Part shown: piece after piece, positions 48,281-60,238 of the stretch
Layout: every line of letters starts with the position of its first letter
Numbering within the stretch: position 1 is the first letter of the stretch
Origin: Antechinus flavipes
Lineage: Eukaryota
Reading direction: 5' to 3'
Assembly (NCBI RefSeq): GCF_016432865.1
Contig: NC_067401.1
Span: 141,298,001-141,362,000 of the forward strand
DNA length: 64,000 nt
Translations under genes and position numbers: made by a program
Notes under the pieces: generated by a model
Database searches by the model: none
What the model saw: only the letters and a program-made list of their open reading frames with translations
What the model was told of the DNA's origin: nothing

Positions 48281-49042
48281 GTTGGAAGTTGGCAGGTGAA
48301 GGAGGCAGGTTGGGAGGGGTAAAAGTAAAGGAGGAGGCGGAAGCTGTGCTGTCGGAAGGGGGAGGGGGGAAAGAAGGAGGAGGAGGCGGAGGAGGAGAGC
48401 TTAGAGCAGAGCGCCGAGCCAAGGGGGAGATGAGTTTGTCCGTCCTCGGCTGAGGCTCCGGCCGGGGCCAGGGAGCGGGAAGCGGGGCCGGAGCGACACC
48501 CGTGGAAGTGGGAGGAAGTGGTCGGAAGTGGTCCTGGGACTTTAACCCCTTGTGGGCTCTGCGGCAGGGGATTTAACCCTTTACGGACCCAGACCCTCGC
48601 AGGCGCGTCATCTGGTGGCATTAACCCTTTCGGGACTGGGTTCTTTAACCCTTTGGACTTTTCACCTTGCTGCTTCTGCTACTCTCGCTGGCTTTGCCCC
48701 CGATTCTGGGGAGGGGGGGGGGCCTGAGGTGAGCCCTCCCCCAACACACCCGCATACATACTGTTTTTGGTGCTGCAGACCTTGAGCCCCGCCAGCTAGC
48801 TTGCCCGCCGAGCTAGGGGGTTCTTAACCCTTTGCTGACCCAGAAGCGCCCTTTCCAAGTTTGGAGTGGAGTTTGTAGGCGGAAGGCTTGACAATAAGAA
48901 GACATCCGTCTATCCGTGCTGCCGGCGTTCAAGACAGGACCAGCGGGACATTTAAAAATACTTTTTTCTTTTAAAGGGAAAAAAAGGACTTTGTGACTAT
49001 AAAATTTCTTCCAACTCTCCCAGAAGAGGACTCCATCCAGTC

Positions 49043-50104
49043 ATGGCTGAGCCATTTCTGTCTCAATGTCAGCAGCAGCAACAGACTTCTCAAACTTCTT
49101 CCAACTGTACAGGTGCTATGGGCAGAGCGGAGCGTTATACTGAGCCCCCCGGGGAGGACTGTAGGTGGCAATCGAGAGCTTCTGAACTTGATGCGATCCT
49201 TGAGAAAGAGGAGAGAGGGGAGAATCCAGCCCCAGCCTCCCCTCCCAGGGCAACTGTGGCGTGCCTAGACCCCGGCTGCCCAGATGGGGGCGAGAAGGGC
49301 CCGAACCACGACGATCTGACAGCTGTCGGGGCTGCTGCCGCACCGCCGTTGGGTGAGGGGCCAAGGCCCAGAGCCCAGCCTCCGCAGTCGTGCCAAGGTT
49401 ATGGGGGCGACAAGTTTGCAGTTCCTATCGGGGAAGAAGAGGAGGCCTGGCGGCAGCAGCAAAGACAGCTGGGGAAGAAGAAGCATAGGAGACGGCCTTC
49501 CAAGAAGAAGCGGCACTGGAAGCCTTACTACAAGCTGACTTGGGAGGAGAAGAAGAAGTTCGACGAGAAGCAGAGCCAGCGGGCATCCCGGGTTCGAGCC
49601 GAGATGTTTGCCAAAGGACAACCGGTCGCCCCTTACAACACGACCCAGTTCCTGATGGATGACCATGATCAGGAGGAGCCGGACCTGAAAACTGGCCTCT
49701 ACTCCAAACGGGCGGTGGCCAAGTCGGACGATACAAGTGATGAGGACTTCTTGGAGGAGGCGGGAGAAGAGGATGGGGGCAGTGATGGGATGGGGGGGGA
49801 CGGAAGTGAGTTTCTCCAGAGGGATTTCTCCGAGACCTATGAACGGTACCATGCGGAGAGCCTCCAGAACATGAGCAAGCAGGAATTGATCAAAGAATAC
49901 ATGGAGCTGGAGAAGTGTCTCTCCAGGATGGAGGATGAGAACAACCGGCTGCGGTTGGAGTGCAAGAAGTTTGGGGAGGACTCCCGGGTAAGAGAACTAG
50001 AGTTGGAGCTGGATCGGCTAAAAGCTGAGAATCTCCAGTTGGTGAAAGAGAACGAACTGCACAGACAGCAGGAGAGAGCGCCTCTTTCCAAGTTTGGAGA
50101 CTAG
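49043..50104 (+). CDS. HEXIM1: HEXIM1 (7SK-binding P-TEFb inhibitor), intronless, 353 aa
   Basis: MAEPFLS start, basic ARM KKKHRRRPSKKKRHWKPY, PYNTTQFLM motif, acidic tract, C-terminal coiled coil ending SKFGD. Confidence 0.99.
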   Translation: MAEPFLSQCQQQQQTSQTSSNCTGAMGRAERYTEPPGEDCRWQSRASELDAILEKEERGENPAPASPPRATVACLDPGCPDGGEKGPNHDDLTAVGAAAAPPLGEGPRPRAQPPQSCQGYGGDKFAVPIGEEEEAWRQQQRQLGKKKHRRRPSKKKRHWKPYYKLTWEEKKKFDEKQSQRASRVRAEMFAKGQPVAPYNTTQFLMDDHDQEEPDLKTGLYSKRAVAKSDDTSDEDFLEEAGEEDGGSDGMGGDGSEFLQRDFSETYERYHAESLQNMSKQELIKEYMELEKCLSRMEDENNRLRLECKKFGEDSRVRELELELDRLKAENLQLVKENELHRQQERAPLSKFGD

Positions 50105-50488
50105 TCAAACTTTTTGGGGGAGGGGGAAAAGGGACTTTTTATGGTGATGGAATGTAACATTATATACATGTGTATATGACAGTGAACCTTTTTATGACAT
50201 AATCAAAAAAGAAAAACCCCATGGCTTTGTATTGTTTTAAAATTTTAGCTATAATGTAGTGGGTTTTTTTTTTTTCCTGTTCTTTAATTATGTGAAATCT
50301 GAAGGGTTGCTTTTCTTGTTCTCCTTTTTAGAAGAAATGAATGTGTATTTTTTGGATGTAAGTAAATTTGACTCAAATTATAATGCATTTTTTTCTGTTA
50401 ACCAAAAACAAAAAAAACAAAAAACCCTCAAAACAGGGAGTTATAAGGTGGCCAAATCTAAAAACCATTAAATCCATTCTATAGTTAC

Positions 50489-50494
50489 AATAAA
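50489..50494 (+). terminator. HEXIM1: Proximal HEXIM1 poly(A) signal candidate (further AATAAA at 52192 and 52970)
   Basis: AATAAA in an AU-rich 3' UTR, about 385 nt after the stop codon. Confidence 0.45.
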
Positions 50495-53429
50495 TTTAAT
50501 ATTTATAAATGTAACAGTTTCAGTGTGATTTGTAGAGATATCAAAATAATATTCTCCAGCAGAGAAGATTTTTGCATTTTGTATTTAATCCTGGGGTGTT
50601 TAAAAAAGGCATATTTGGTCGGTAATGCGAAAAACTACTTTATAGCCCTTTATTAAAGGTTCTCCAACTTTTATGTATTTTTCCCATAAATAATTTTAAA
50701 TGTTCAATACAATATACACTGGCAAAATACCGCAATGTTAATTCTGTGCTTGCTTTCTAGTGCCTTGATATTTTATTTTACTGTGCTGTTAGAACTCTTA
50801 AGATGTTTGGAGCAGCAGGAGGTGGCAGCAAGATTTTGCATGTTTATAATTCCAGAGCCTGAAACAACTTTTTCCTAATAACCATTCAAAAAAACCTGCT
50901 GACAAACATGTAAACAAAATGTTAGGAAGAGTGAACAATTGACAACCCCAATTTCCTTGGTACAAGTTGTTTTTCATCAATCTTACACTCTCTTGTGAGG
51001 CTAGATGGAGTTCCTGGAAGTGGTTGTTGGTAAATCCTTTGTTTTTTTAAGTGCTGGCTATGATTAGGATAGATAAATTTGGGTTGCTCCTTTTTGTTGT
51101 GGGGAAAATTGCATTTAAAAGAAGGAATGGCTATTTTGGGATTCCAAGAACAATTGTTCGATTGAGTGGCTTATCATGCAGAACTACAGATTTATGGATT
51201 ACCTACCTTTTTTTCCAATGCCTGGCAAACCTTTTTTTTCTCTACCTGCATCCAGAGTTAGGTGCTTAGAACCCTAAGGCAGGTAGTAGGAAATCTTAAA
51301 TGCTCACAGTAGAGGTATTTTGAAATATCAACTGCTAGGGGGCTCTCCTGGGAATCAACTGCCCTGTTGCTAATTCTCAGGATTGATGATCAGTATAGCA
51401 AAATAATTTCTACCCCATACTGATGGGAACATGAACATAATTCTCCATAACCATACCACTTCAGTGGGATCTGGATCAAAAAAAGTCATAGCCAATATAA
51501 ACCCTAATAAAATGGTAGCCATTTTAAATGTTCTAACTTATCTGTTAAATGGTTTCCAGTTAACATATTCACAAATACCAGTGGAACCTAAGAGAAAAAT
51601 CAAGGTACTTAATTCCCTGGAGTTCAGATTGAGTGGGTTTTGCAGTTAACATTGGGAGGGTGGGGGTGGGGGTTACCCACACTCTGTCCTGACTAGACCA
51701 TCTCTATTATGTAATGAGGAAAATTCAGAGTAAAAATAGAATACCAAAATATCTTCAGTAAAATAAAAGCAAATCCAGGGAAATTACAACTGGTCAGAAT
51801 TTGACAAGAGACTACTAAATACTGAGCCAGCCACATTCTGAGAGATGTTCCACTGGGAAAAATGTGTTATCAGTTCTTCCTTTGGACTAAATATTAAAGG
51901 TTTATTTTGGTAAATAGTTTTTGCGTTTTCAATTCTCCTTCTAACATGACATCATACAGCAGTACCAGCAAATTGTTCTATGATGGCAAAATGACAACAC
52001 TGCCCTCTGGCTTTGCATACAAAGTAGTATTGGTTTTCTTTTCTTTTTTTTTTTTTTTAGTTTGAGTGTTAACAGTTAACCTTTGGTCACAGGGCTTATA
52101 AATAGAAAAAAGGCAGGTTGTTTAGATATTATTTTGTTAGCACTGAAGAATGAAGTCTTAATCTTGAAAAGAATTTAAATCTATTACCTATAATAAAGAA
52201 ATCTATGGTCAACTTTTAGCAGAAATTTAGCTGTTATTTAGTTTTACCTATCCAAATAACTTTTGAATGATTTTTACTGAGTCATGCAATCTCCCCTATG
52301 AATTTTGCTCTTGGAATACCCTTTACAGATAGGAAATTCAATCTGGAAAGTTTTGTATTATAATTTTAAATTTCCTTAACCAAGATACAAATACCATAAC
52401 AAACTTTCAAGGTAGGAGCTACATATAATATTTAACTAGTTATAGCATTTTTTAGCAAAGAGACAGTTCATCAACTTAATTATCTGTTCTAACAGGAGAT
52501 TACACTGATAAATTCACAAATGATACTCAAATCCATTCTAATTAATAGACCCTCTAAACCCCCCCCCTTTTTTTTTTTTTGGAAGTCATAGGACATTTAA
52601 AGTGTTAGAACTTCTAAATTTTTTCCCTTCCCTTAAAAACAATGGATTGCAAAGTATGGTACAAGGACCATATGAACCCAGGAAATCCCTGAGGGACGAG
52701 TTGTCAAAAGATTTTATTTGCCTATTGAAGCACTCTCTTTTCCAACTATATAGCTTGAGGTTAGATTTTCTTCATATAATTAACCAAAACAATATTGTAA
52801 CAGATTGGAGAAGCAGATAAGGTAACCAAATGTCTTCTATAAAGCCAGGCATTGAGATTTGCAAAAATATGCAAAAGAATGACATTTTCTAAACTTATGT
52901 TGTTTTTCATAAAGTATTAATACTCAGCAGGTTATTTTAAATTAATATTTTAAAACTTTTCTAGTTACCAATAAAAAATTCTCTGGGATCGTCAACAATT
53001 TTTGAGAAACTGGAAAACTGCTGCACACTAGAAAAGAACCATTTAACCTTTTTGGTGACTATCAAACTGGCCAAGGAATATGCAGGTTTGTGTAAGCTAT
53101 ACCCTAAACATTCAACGGTACCAACCATTAACTGTGACCCCTTGGTGCAATTCTGAGCTTCACTTCCAAACCAAGCCAGGTAATTCTGGGCTAGACTGTG
53201 ATTCAAAGAGATTCTCCAATTACTAGCTTGTATGTTGATCATTTTATAAGTTCTTTTTGAATTCAAGTTTCTTCAATTCTCTGGTTGTTCTTAAAGGAGA
53301 GGAATCACAGTAAGAATATTATATCCAAAATATAAAGGGACCTTATGACCAAAAGCCATTCCTCTGGAAGAGTTAGGATATGAAAAAGAAAATTGTCAAT
53401 AACCACATAAAACATGCTCCAAATAACAA

Positions 53430-54065
53430 ATAATTGAGAAATGAGAATGTAGCTATCTGAGATTTCACCTCATATAATGTTAAATGAAAAAATGATAAAA
53501 ATTGAGAAGGGAAGAGAATGACAGGTACACTGATACACTGTTGATGGAGTATTATGATAGAAGTGTTAGTCCAATTATTCTGAAATCCATTTTGGAATTT
53601 TGCAAGAGAAGTGACTCAACTGTCCAAACTCTTTGGCACAATTACTGGTAATATACCCAAGAAAGTCAAAGACAGGAAAAAAAAAATAAGATGCAACATA
53701 CAGAACATACCAAAAGTCAGTACAGTTTTAAGTCCACTAAGACTTTGGGACACATTGAACCAAAATAAACATAACACTTTTGATGGCAGCAAAGAAAGTG
53801 CTCCTTAATTGGGGAATGACTGAAAAATCTATGGAATACAAAGGTGATAATATCTTGCGCATTTTTCCCCCTGCAGGGTCACACAGGTAGAAGGTGTTAA
53901 GTATCTGAGGGCAGATTTGAACTCAGGTCCTCCTGACTTCAGGGTTGGTGCTCTATCCACTGTGCCACCTAGCTGCCCTTTTGTGTTAGTTTAAAAAAAA
54001 AAAAGACACGATGTCAGAAAAATGTGAGATTTGCATGAACAAACGCAAAGTGACAAAAGCAGAAC
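53430..54065 (+). mobile_element. Old LINE-1 ORF2 3' fragment with a nested antisense SINE (about 53860-53980)
   Basis: Degenerate L1 ORF2-end motifs (tatacccaagaaagtcaaagac, ggggaatgactgaa). The SINE carries gcagatttgaactcaggtcctcctgac. Confidence 0.6.
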
Positions 54066-57000
54066 TAAAAATATTCCCTTCAAATGGAGAGATCTCCCTA
54101 AGAGGAATTTAACTCTTAATGGAAAATATGAAACATCCCTTCATTTGTAACAGCTGAAAAATAGATGACTAGAACTGAGTATTATACACATTGCTGGATT
54201 CAGTCATTTGTATCTTTTTGCGGGGGGGAGAGAAAGGGGGTCACAATATAGGATTCAAAGGAAGATGGGCTTGGAAATAATTGATTTATAGACCAAAAAG
54301 GTATCCAAAAAATTTTTAAGATCATTGTAATGAATCAGGTTATAGTTCTGACTATATCACTACAAGTTTCATTTGGCAACTGGTTATCTATGCCCTAAGT
54401 GTGTCAGGATCGAATGTAAAATGTTTACAGTTTTCAAAGTGAGTCTTATTAACATTTGAAAAGGAAACCTCACAATGAACTGTTATTTTTTGGATTCCTT
54501 CTGGTCTTGGAGCTTTCATTTCTTTAAACATTTCCCCAGAACATAAGATTTTTCAAAAAATTCCTTGACTGAAGGACTAGTACAAAAGCCCCAAGGCTGG
54601 GGGTGGGATAAGGGAGGACTCGAGAGATGTAGGAGTATAAAAGGATTGAAAAATTCACCAACCCATATTGAATCAGATTTGAGGTAATTACTAGTTCCTT
54701 CCTGAAGCCAGGGATCACTTACAACTACTAAGTACTAAATGTGGTAACACCGTTTTTTCATAAAATGGACATGTAGCACAGAAGACCTTCTGGTAGACTA
54801 GATTGTACTGAACAGGGGCTTTTCCTTTTTTTCCCCTGAAACAATCAGGGTTAAGTAACTTGTACAACAGGGGCTCAACCTGAAATCCGTGCTTTCAGAA
54901 GATCTATCAACTTGGATGTAAAAAATACATCTTCACTAATCTCAAATTTAAATTTATCATTTCCTTCAATTATAAACTTTTAAAAGCACATTATTCCGAG
55001 GGGGCCTATAGATTTCACCAGACTGTAAAATGTTCCATAATATAAAAAGAGATTAGAATCCTTGTCTCTAGAAGGCAGCTGATTCAATCTTGGCCAGCTG
55101 TGTTGAATCCTGGAGAACTGGCCATCCCATTCTGCTCATGGTAGACAAAAAAATGGTAGAGGTGAAGTGGGAGATCATTTTGATACATTAATTTTAGTTT
55201 TTACAATTTGCTCTTGAATAGCATTTTCCCCCAAAGGAAAGGTTTACTTAATTATGATAATTTTTGTAGCAAAGACCATTGGTGGACACCAACAGGAATA
55301 ATCATAATTTTCTAATGAACCTTCTGAATATCAAAAAATCCATTGGAGTTATTACAAGATTGTATGGTTTAGCATTTTAATATATGATCATTCCCTCTAG
55401 AGAGAAAGTATCAACAGCAACATTTGGTTCAAAAATATTTTAAGGGGAAAAGAGGAAAAATTAAGTAGGGAATTTTTCTTATCTAGTTTAATGTGTAAAG
55501 TGTTAAAAAAAAAAATTCTGTATCTGCAGTGAACATAAAATACACTCCTTAAAGACAACACCAGAGCTATTAAGAGTGCTTAAAACACTTTCATTTAAGT
55601 AAACCTAATAAAGACAACTGTTCACTAGGACTTTTTACAACAGATCAGGATAGAAAATAAAAAATGACTTTTGAAGTCTGCACATTCCTGAAAAGCCTGC
55701 TCAGCCCCAAAACCTTTGCTATTGAAAGAAATGCAGATGATTCCAAACTCAATGTGGGGTGTGGAGAAAATCATCAGTACTTATTAAAACCACAAAATCT
55801 TTGTATAATTTTATAGGAGATGGGGGAAAGGGGGATCCAGGGGTAAAAGTATTTTGAAAAAAATCAAATATACAGCAAAGAAATATTAAGTGTTGGAACT
55901 AAATTGTTCTTTACTACCCATCTTGATGCTGAAGAGGATGCTGGAAAAAAAAAATCAGTCTTTTTGCCATTGGTCAGCATCCTCTATTTACAGGTAGCTC
56001 CAGGGTTATAGGACCTCAACATAAGGTAGTGAGCATTTTTCATAGTGAGCATTTTTCACAGGATTTAATAGCAATTACTAACACTAATGCTGAACTGACC
56101 TTCTGATGCTGCCATGATACTTTCTTAAAGCAGGCTACTGAATTGCCTGAATGACCTTTGTATCATTTTTAAAAGCCCCTAAAATAATGGAACACTGGGT
56201 GAACATTAGACTTGGCACCAAAAAGAGCAGTTTGGCTTCATCTTCAAAATAAGGCACCTAGCCAAAATTAAGTTGGTAGCACAGAAATAGAACTCAGAGT
56301 TCTTAACTACCAGTCTTAAGCTTTGTCCATTAAAAAGTTTCATTCTAGTTTTCCTACTGAGGTTTTAGAACAGCTTACTGGTTGACCTCAAATACAGTCA
56401 TGTGGGTTATGGTTTCCAAAAATGATCAATAAATGTCAGCACCTAATAGTGTGTGTACATGAGTAGATGTGAAGTCAAATATAATGGTCATCCCTTGCTC
56501 AATTCATGAATTACTGACCACCTATATAGATGATCCATAAGGGAACTTCTTAACTCTAAAACCCCCAATCCTGCAGAATCTTTTCTTAATAAATCTTTTT
56601 ACCCTGATACTTATAAACTGATACCTAAGCAGGAGCCAATTGAGTTCAATTCAAGATAACTACTCTCTATTTAGTGGAATGTTTGTTTCAAAACTGGATT
56701 AAAATACAAATCTTGTTATTTAGCTTTTGTGGTTGTTTCAAGATTTCCTTTGGAAATAATTTTAGGAGATAAAGAAAATGGCTAAGATTAGAGCACCACT
56801 AGTATCCCTCTCAAAAAATAGTAATAAAAAAGAACCAATCATTTATTTTAAAGATACCATAGGAGCTATAAGCTTCAATTCTGAGCTCATTAAGATTACT
56901 TTAGTATCAAAGCCACTGGAATGATTAGTTTCTGATTATTCCTGGTAATGAGAATTAAACAGAGCACTACAGGCTTATCAGGCAGTAACTCTCAATTCCA

Positions 57001-57749
57001 GCACTATTCACACATCAGTCACCCAGAAAATCTTTCTACCCTGGCATCAAATTAACTATAACTTTTAAATAACCTGTTATTTTAGAATATCAAACATTAC
57101 AGATTTACTCTGTGCCTGGCTTTCAAGATAATCTTCTTTGCTTCAGCTAGTGATGCCATGTCCAAGCTTTACTCTTTAGACAGATGATGCAGTAGCAATA
57201 CCATTGAAGCAGGGAGGGGGGGAGAGAGAAGACTGAAGGGAGGGCTTATCATGCAGTTGCCACCGAGAAGAGCTCAAAAAATTCTGTTTTCCCTTATGTG
57301 GCAGCAAAGGCTGGATCGAGATCATGAAAGCAAGAGATACTCCAGTGACATATACTGCCGGTAAAAAGCTCCTAGTAACAATGAAACCGATACCACAAAA
57401 TACTTCCCAACCCACAGCCCTAAACCTAGTTTGGTAAAACGGAATTCTTTAATGGTAAAACGCTGCAGAGACTGGATTGAAATAAGTAATTTTCTTTCCC
57501 CACCCCCATCCCTTATTCCTAAACCTTTCTCTAAGGGCTTTGGGTCGAACGTTCCACTCAGATTTCAAAATGCAAACAGATGTCCCATTGGCCAAGGAAA
57601 ACGGACAGCTACGTTTCATTTCCTAGACGTGCCGGAGCAGGGTATTTTGTTTTTTTGTCTCCCATATTAAAAAGGGTTACCAAGACCCTCCTCCCAATTT
57701 CATTTGTAGTTACGTAGGTGGATGTTATTTGGGAAGGGGGGATGTGAGG

Positions 57750-59420
57750 AAATCAAACTTTCAGGGTCATCCCGTGCCCCTCCACCCCCCCCAAGCTGGT
57801 TCTAAGCAGACATGGGGAAATGTTCAGAGAAAGCTGGGGTTGGACGGGGATGGAGGGGGTGGGGTGGGGTGGGGTGGAGGTCCTGCCCGGAGCGTGCTTG
57901 GAGATCCCCCAAGCAGTGGGTTCCAGAAGGTTTCCAACCGCCCCACCCCTTGGCTGGCTCCAGGAGGGTTTCGTGGTAGGGAGGCAGCTGCACTGGGCTG
58001 GCGGGCGGGGCAGGGGCCTGGGCGCGGGGCTGCCCCCGGAGACCCTCCCCAGGCCGCTAGGCCTGTCCGCGAGGGCCGGGGGAGCGCTGCGAGGGCTGGG
58101 GACCCAATCGCGTTTCACCCCCGCCGCCCCGCTCCGGGTCGGAGCCCTCTCCTAGGCCCCTGGTCAATCGGCGGAGGCGCAGGGCGGCCCGGGGCTCTGT
58201 AAGGGGCGAGGCCGCAGGCCCGGCCCTGCCCAGGGGTCGGTCCTTCTTCTCCACCCCCTCCCTTTCTGTCCCCGGGGGCCGCTCCCCGCCATCCCCTGGA
58301 GCAGCCCCCGTATGGCCAGGCTTCTCCCCGCGGCCGGCCCGCCCCCCCACGGGGGTCCTCTCACAGCGCAGCGACTCCCTCCGCTACCTCCTCCCAGCCC
58401 AAAATGGCGGCGGCCCGGACTCTTCCTCGCCCGCCTTCCCGGCCTCCTCCCTCGCCTCCCCTCCCCTCCCCTCCCCACCCTTCTTCCCTCCCTCCCTCCC
58501 GGGACACGAATCCCTCCGCACACGCATGCGCCCCAGGCGCGTCCCGCCAGTCATCTTTCAACCTTTCGCTCCCACCCCCATTCCACTTTCGGATCTATTT
58601 CCAGTCCAGGAACGCTTAACTCCATCCATAGGCTCTTGAACTGGGTCGGGAAAGAGTTGTTCCCGCCTTCAATTCGTCACCAACGAATGGTGGCAGAGAC
58701 GGGCATGGCGACGAGGGCATTTGACCAATCAGAGACTCAAAGGCGGTGCGCCTGAACTGGGACTGCTGGGTTTTGAAGTTCTTAAGGCGTGGTTGTGGAA
58801 GTGAACGGGATTCTGTTCCTCTTTTTCTGACTAGATAAACTACAATCCCCAGCAGGCGTCACGGCTTACGGTCTCCCCACCCACCCCACCCTCGTTCCCC
58901 GACGTCCTCGCGCTCTTGCGGCTTGCTGGGGCTGTTGCTGAATTCTCTGCAAGATACAGGGCTTAGGCAATAGGAATTGCAGACAGGAGGCTGCTACGCA
59001 GACACCGAGCCGTTGTCGTGCGTGGCAGCCCTTGGCAACAAATAGGTCAGTTTACGTTTTCAGAGCTCCATCTTCAACCATCTCGTCATCCTGTAGAATT
59101 AAGCCTCGCCATCCCTTCCAGGGGATTGGGTGTTGTGGGGAATGCAGCTACCTAATGCACGGGGTTTTCGCTCTGAACTTTCAGACTCCAGTTTCTCCTC
59201 CCCTTTCTCTCCACTTCCGGTGCCAGGGGCCAGGAGCAAACAGGGCCTGGGCCTTGCTAGCATGGACGCCGACGCCTTTAGCCATGCTGGCGATGGGCGA
59301 GGCCGAGCTTCCTGGAGAAGGTGGTTTCACCTCCTCACCCCCCAGTCAGAAAGAAGTGGTCTCCGTGGTCACGGGAGCCCCGTCAGCGGAAGTGTCCCCT
59401 GAGCAGTGGGATGTTTAGCC
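57750..59420. promoter_or_regulatory. HEXIM2: HEXIM2 CpG-island promoter (probably bidirectional)
   Basis: YY1 motif AAAATGGCGGC near 58401, NRF1-like GCATGCGC at 58524, CCAAT at 58725, ZNF143/SBS ACTACAATCCCCAGCA at 58839. Candidate first-exon donor TAG|GTCAGT at 59046. Confidence 0.7.
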
Positions 59421-60117
59421 TAGTCCTCACCCTAGGCTCTCCCCGTGTCCCCTTTGTTGCAACCAGACCGGATCCTCGCTTAGGAGGCTCATCACAATCC
59501 TCTCATCTCGGTTCCCTCTTGTTCTGTTGATTACTGTTCCTCCCCTGACCTGAGGTCCCTCGGTTTTAATTTATTACCCACCCTCTACCCAGCTCCTTGC
59601 CGTTGTTACCTCCTAGTATAGGGTGGTGCTAACGGGCAATGTCTGGGCGACCTCCATGCCAGTTCCACCCACTTCCCCCTTAAACGTTGCGCATATGGAG
59701 AAATGTCATGTTGGGTTAGCAGTGCAAGGAGGACGTGGTCATCAGCTCTTGGCTTGCGGCAGATATCCCCACTTTACCTCCCCACCCCATGCGAGTCTCT
59801 AGTGTTCTGCAATTAGAGGGTTAGAAGGGCTTAACCCCGGTGTTTGTTTGGGAAATCGGCCCTGGGGAGAAATCGGGCTTGTGAGCCCAGTTTATGTGAC
59901 CCTTCCTCAACTTGGGTGTGGGAAGAAGCTGGGATGATTTCCCTCAGGCCCCAGGTCATTCTCAGTCTTCTTTCTGCTTTGGCTCTCTTCAGGCTTACCT
60001 GCCACAAAATGGCTTCCTTTCCCTTTTCGGAGGGAGTCCCAGGAGACTGGGAGGGAAAGGGAGGAAAATCTGCCCTTGAGCTTAGGGATAAGGCGTTTGT
60101 TTTGTTCTCCCTTACAG

Positions 60118-60238
60118 CAAGACCTTCATAGAGAAGCTTCTGCTCCAATAGGAGAGACATCTTCCTCCCATCACTACCCCCAAATCTCCTGGAAGAAGGA
60201 GCCTTCCTGAACCCGGTGCTAACCTGGAGGAGACAGAG
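60118..60238 (+). other. HEXIM2: HEXIM2 penultimate exon (AUG-less; ends LEETE in frame with the last exon)
   Basis: Acceptor ctcccttacag and donor GAG|GTAAGA. LEETE aligns with the recalled human LEEAK exon end. No ATG anywhere in the exon, and an in-frame TAG at 60149-60151. Confidence 0.72.

Noticed and set aside
49116-50108. Long antisense and alternative-frame ORFs over HEXIM1 (and over HEXIM2 at 61784..63024)
   Set aside because: Shadow ORFs from GC-rich codon usage of the real genes.
57740-57749. GGATGTGAGG, identical to the recalled first 10 nt of 7SK RNA, next to HEXIM2
   Set aside because: The match does not continue. A 10-mer hit is unremarkable in 64 kb searched on both strands against many remembered sequences.
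58404-58619. 71-aa ORF MAAARTLPRPP... with strong Kozak context
   Set aside because: The ATG is part of the YY1 motif and the peptide is low-complexity Pro/Ser from a polypyrimidine tract. No homology recognised.
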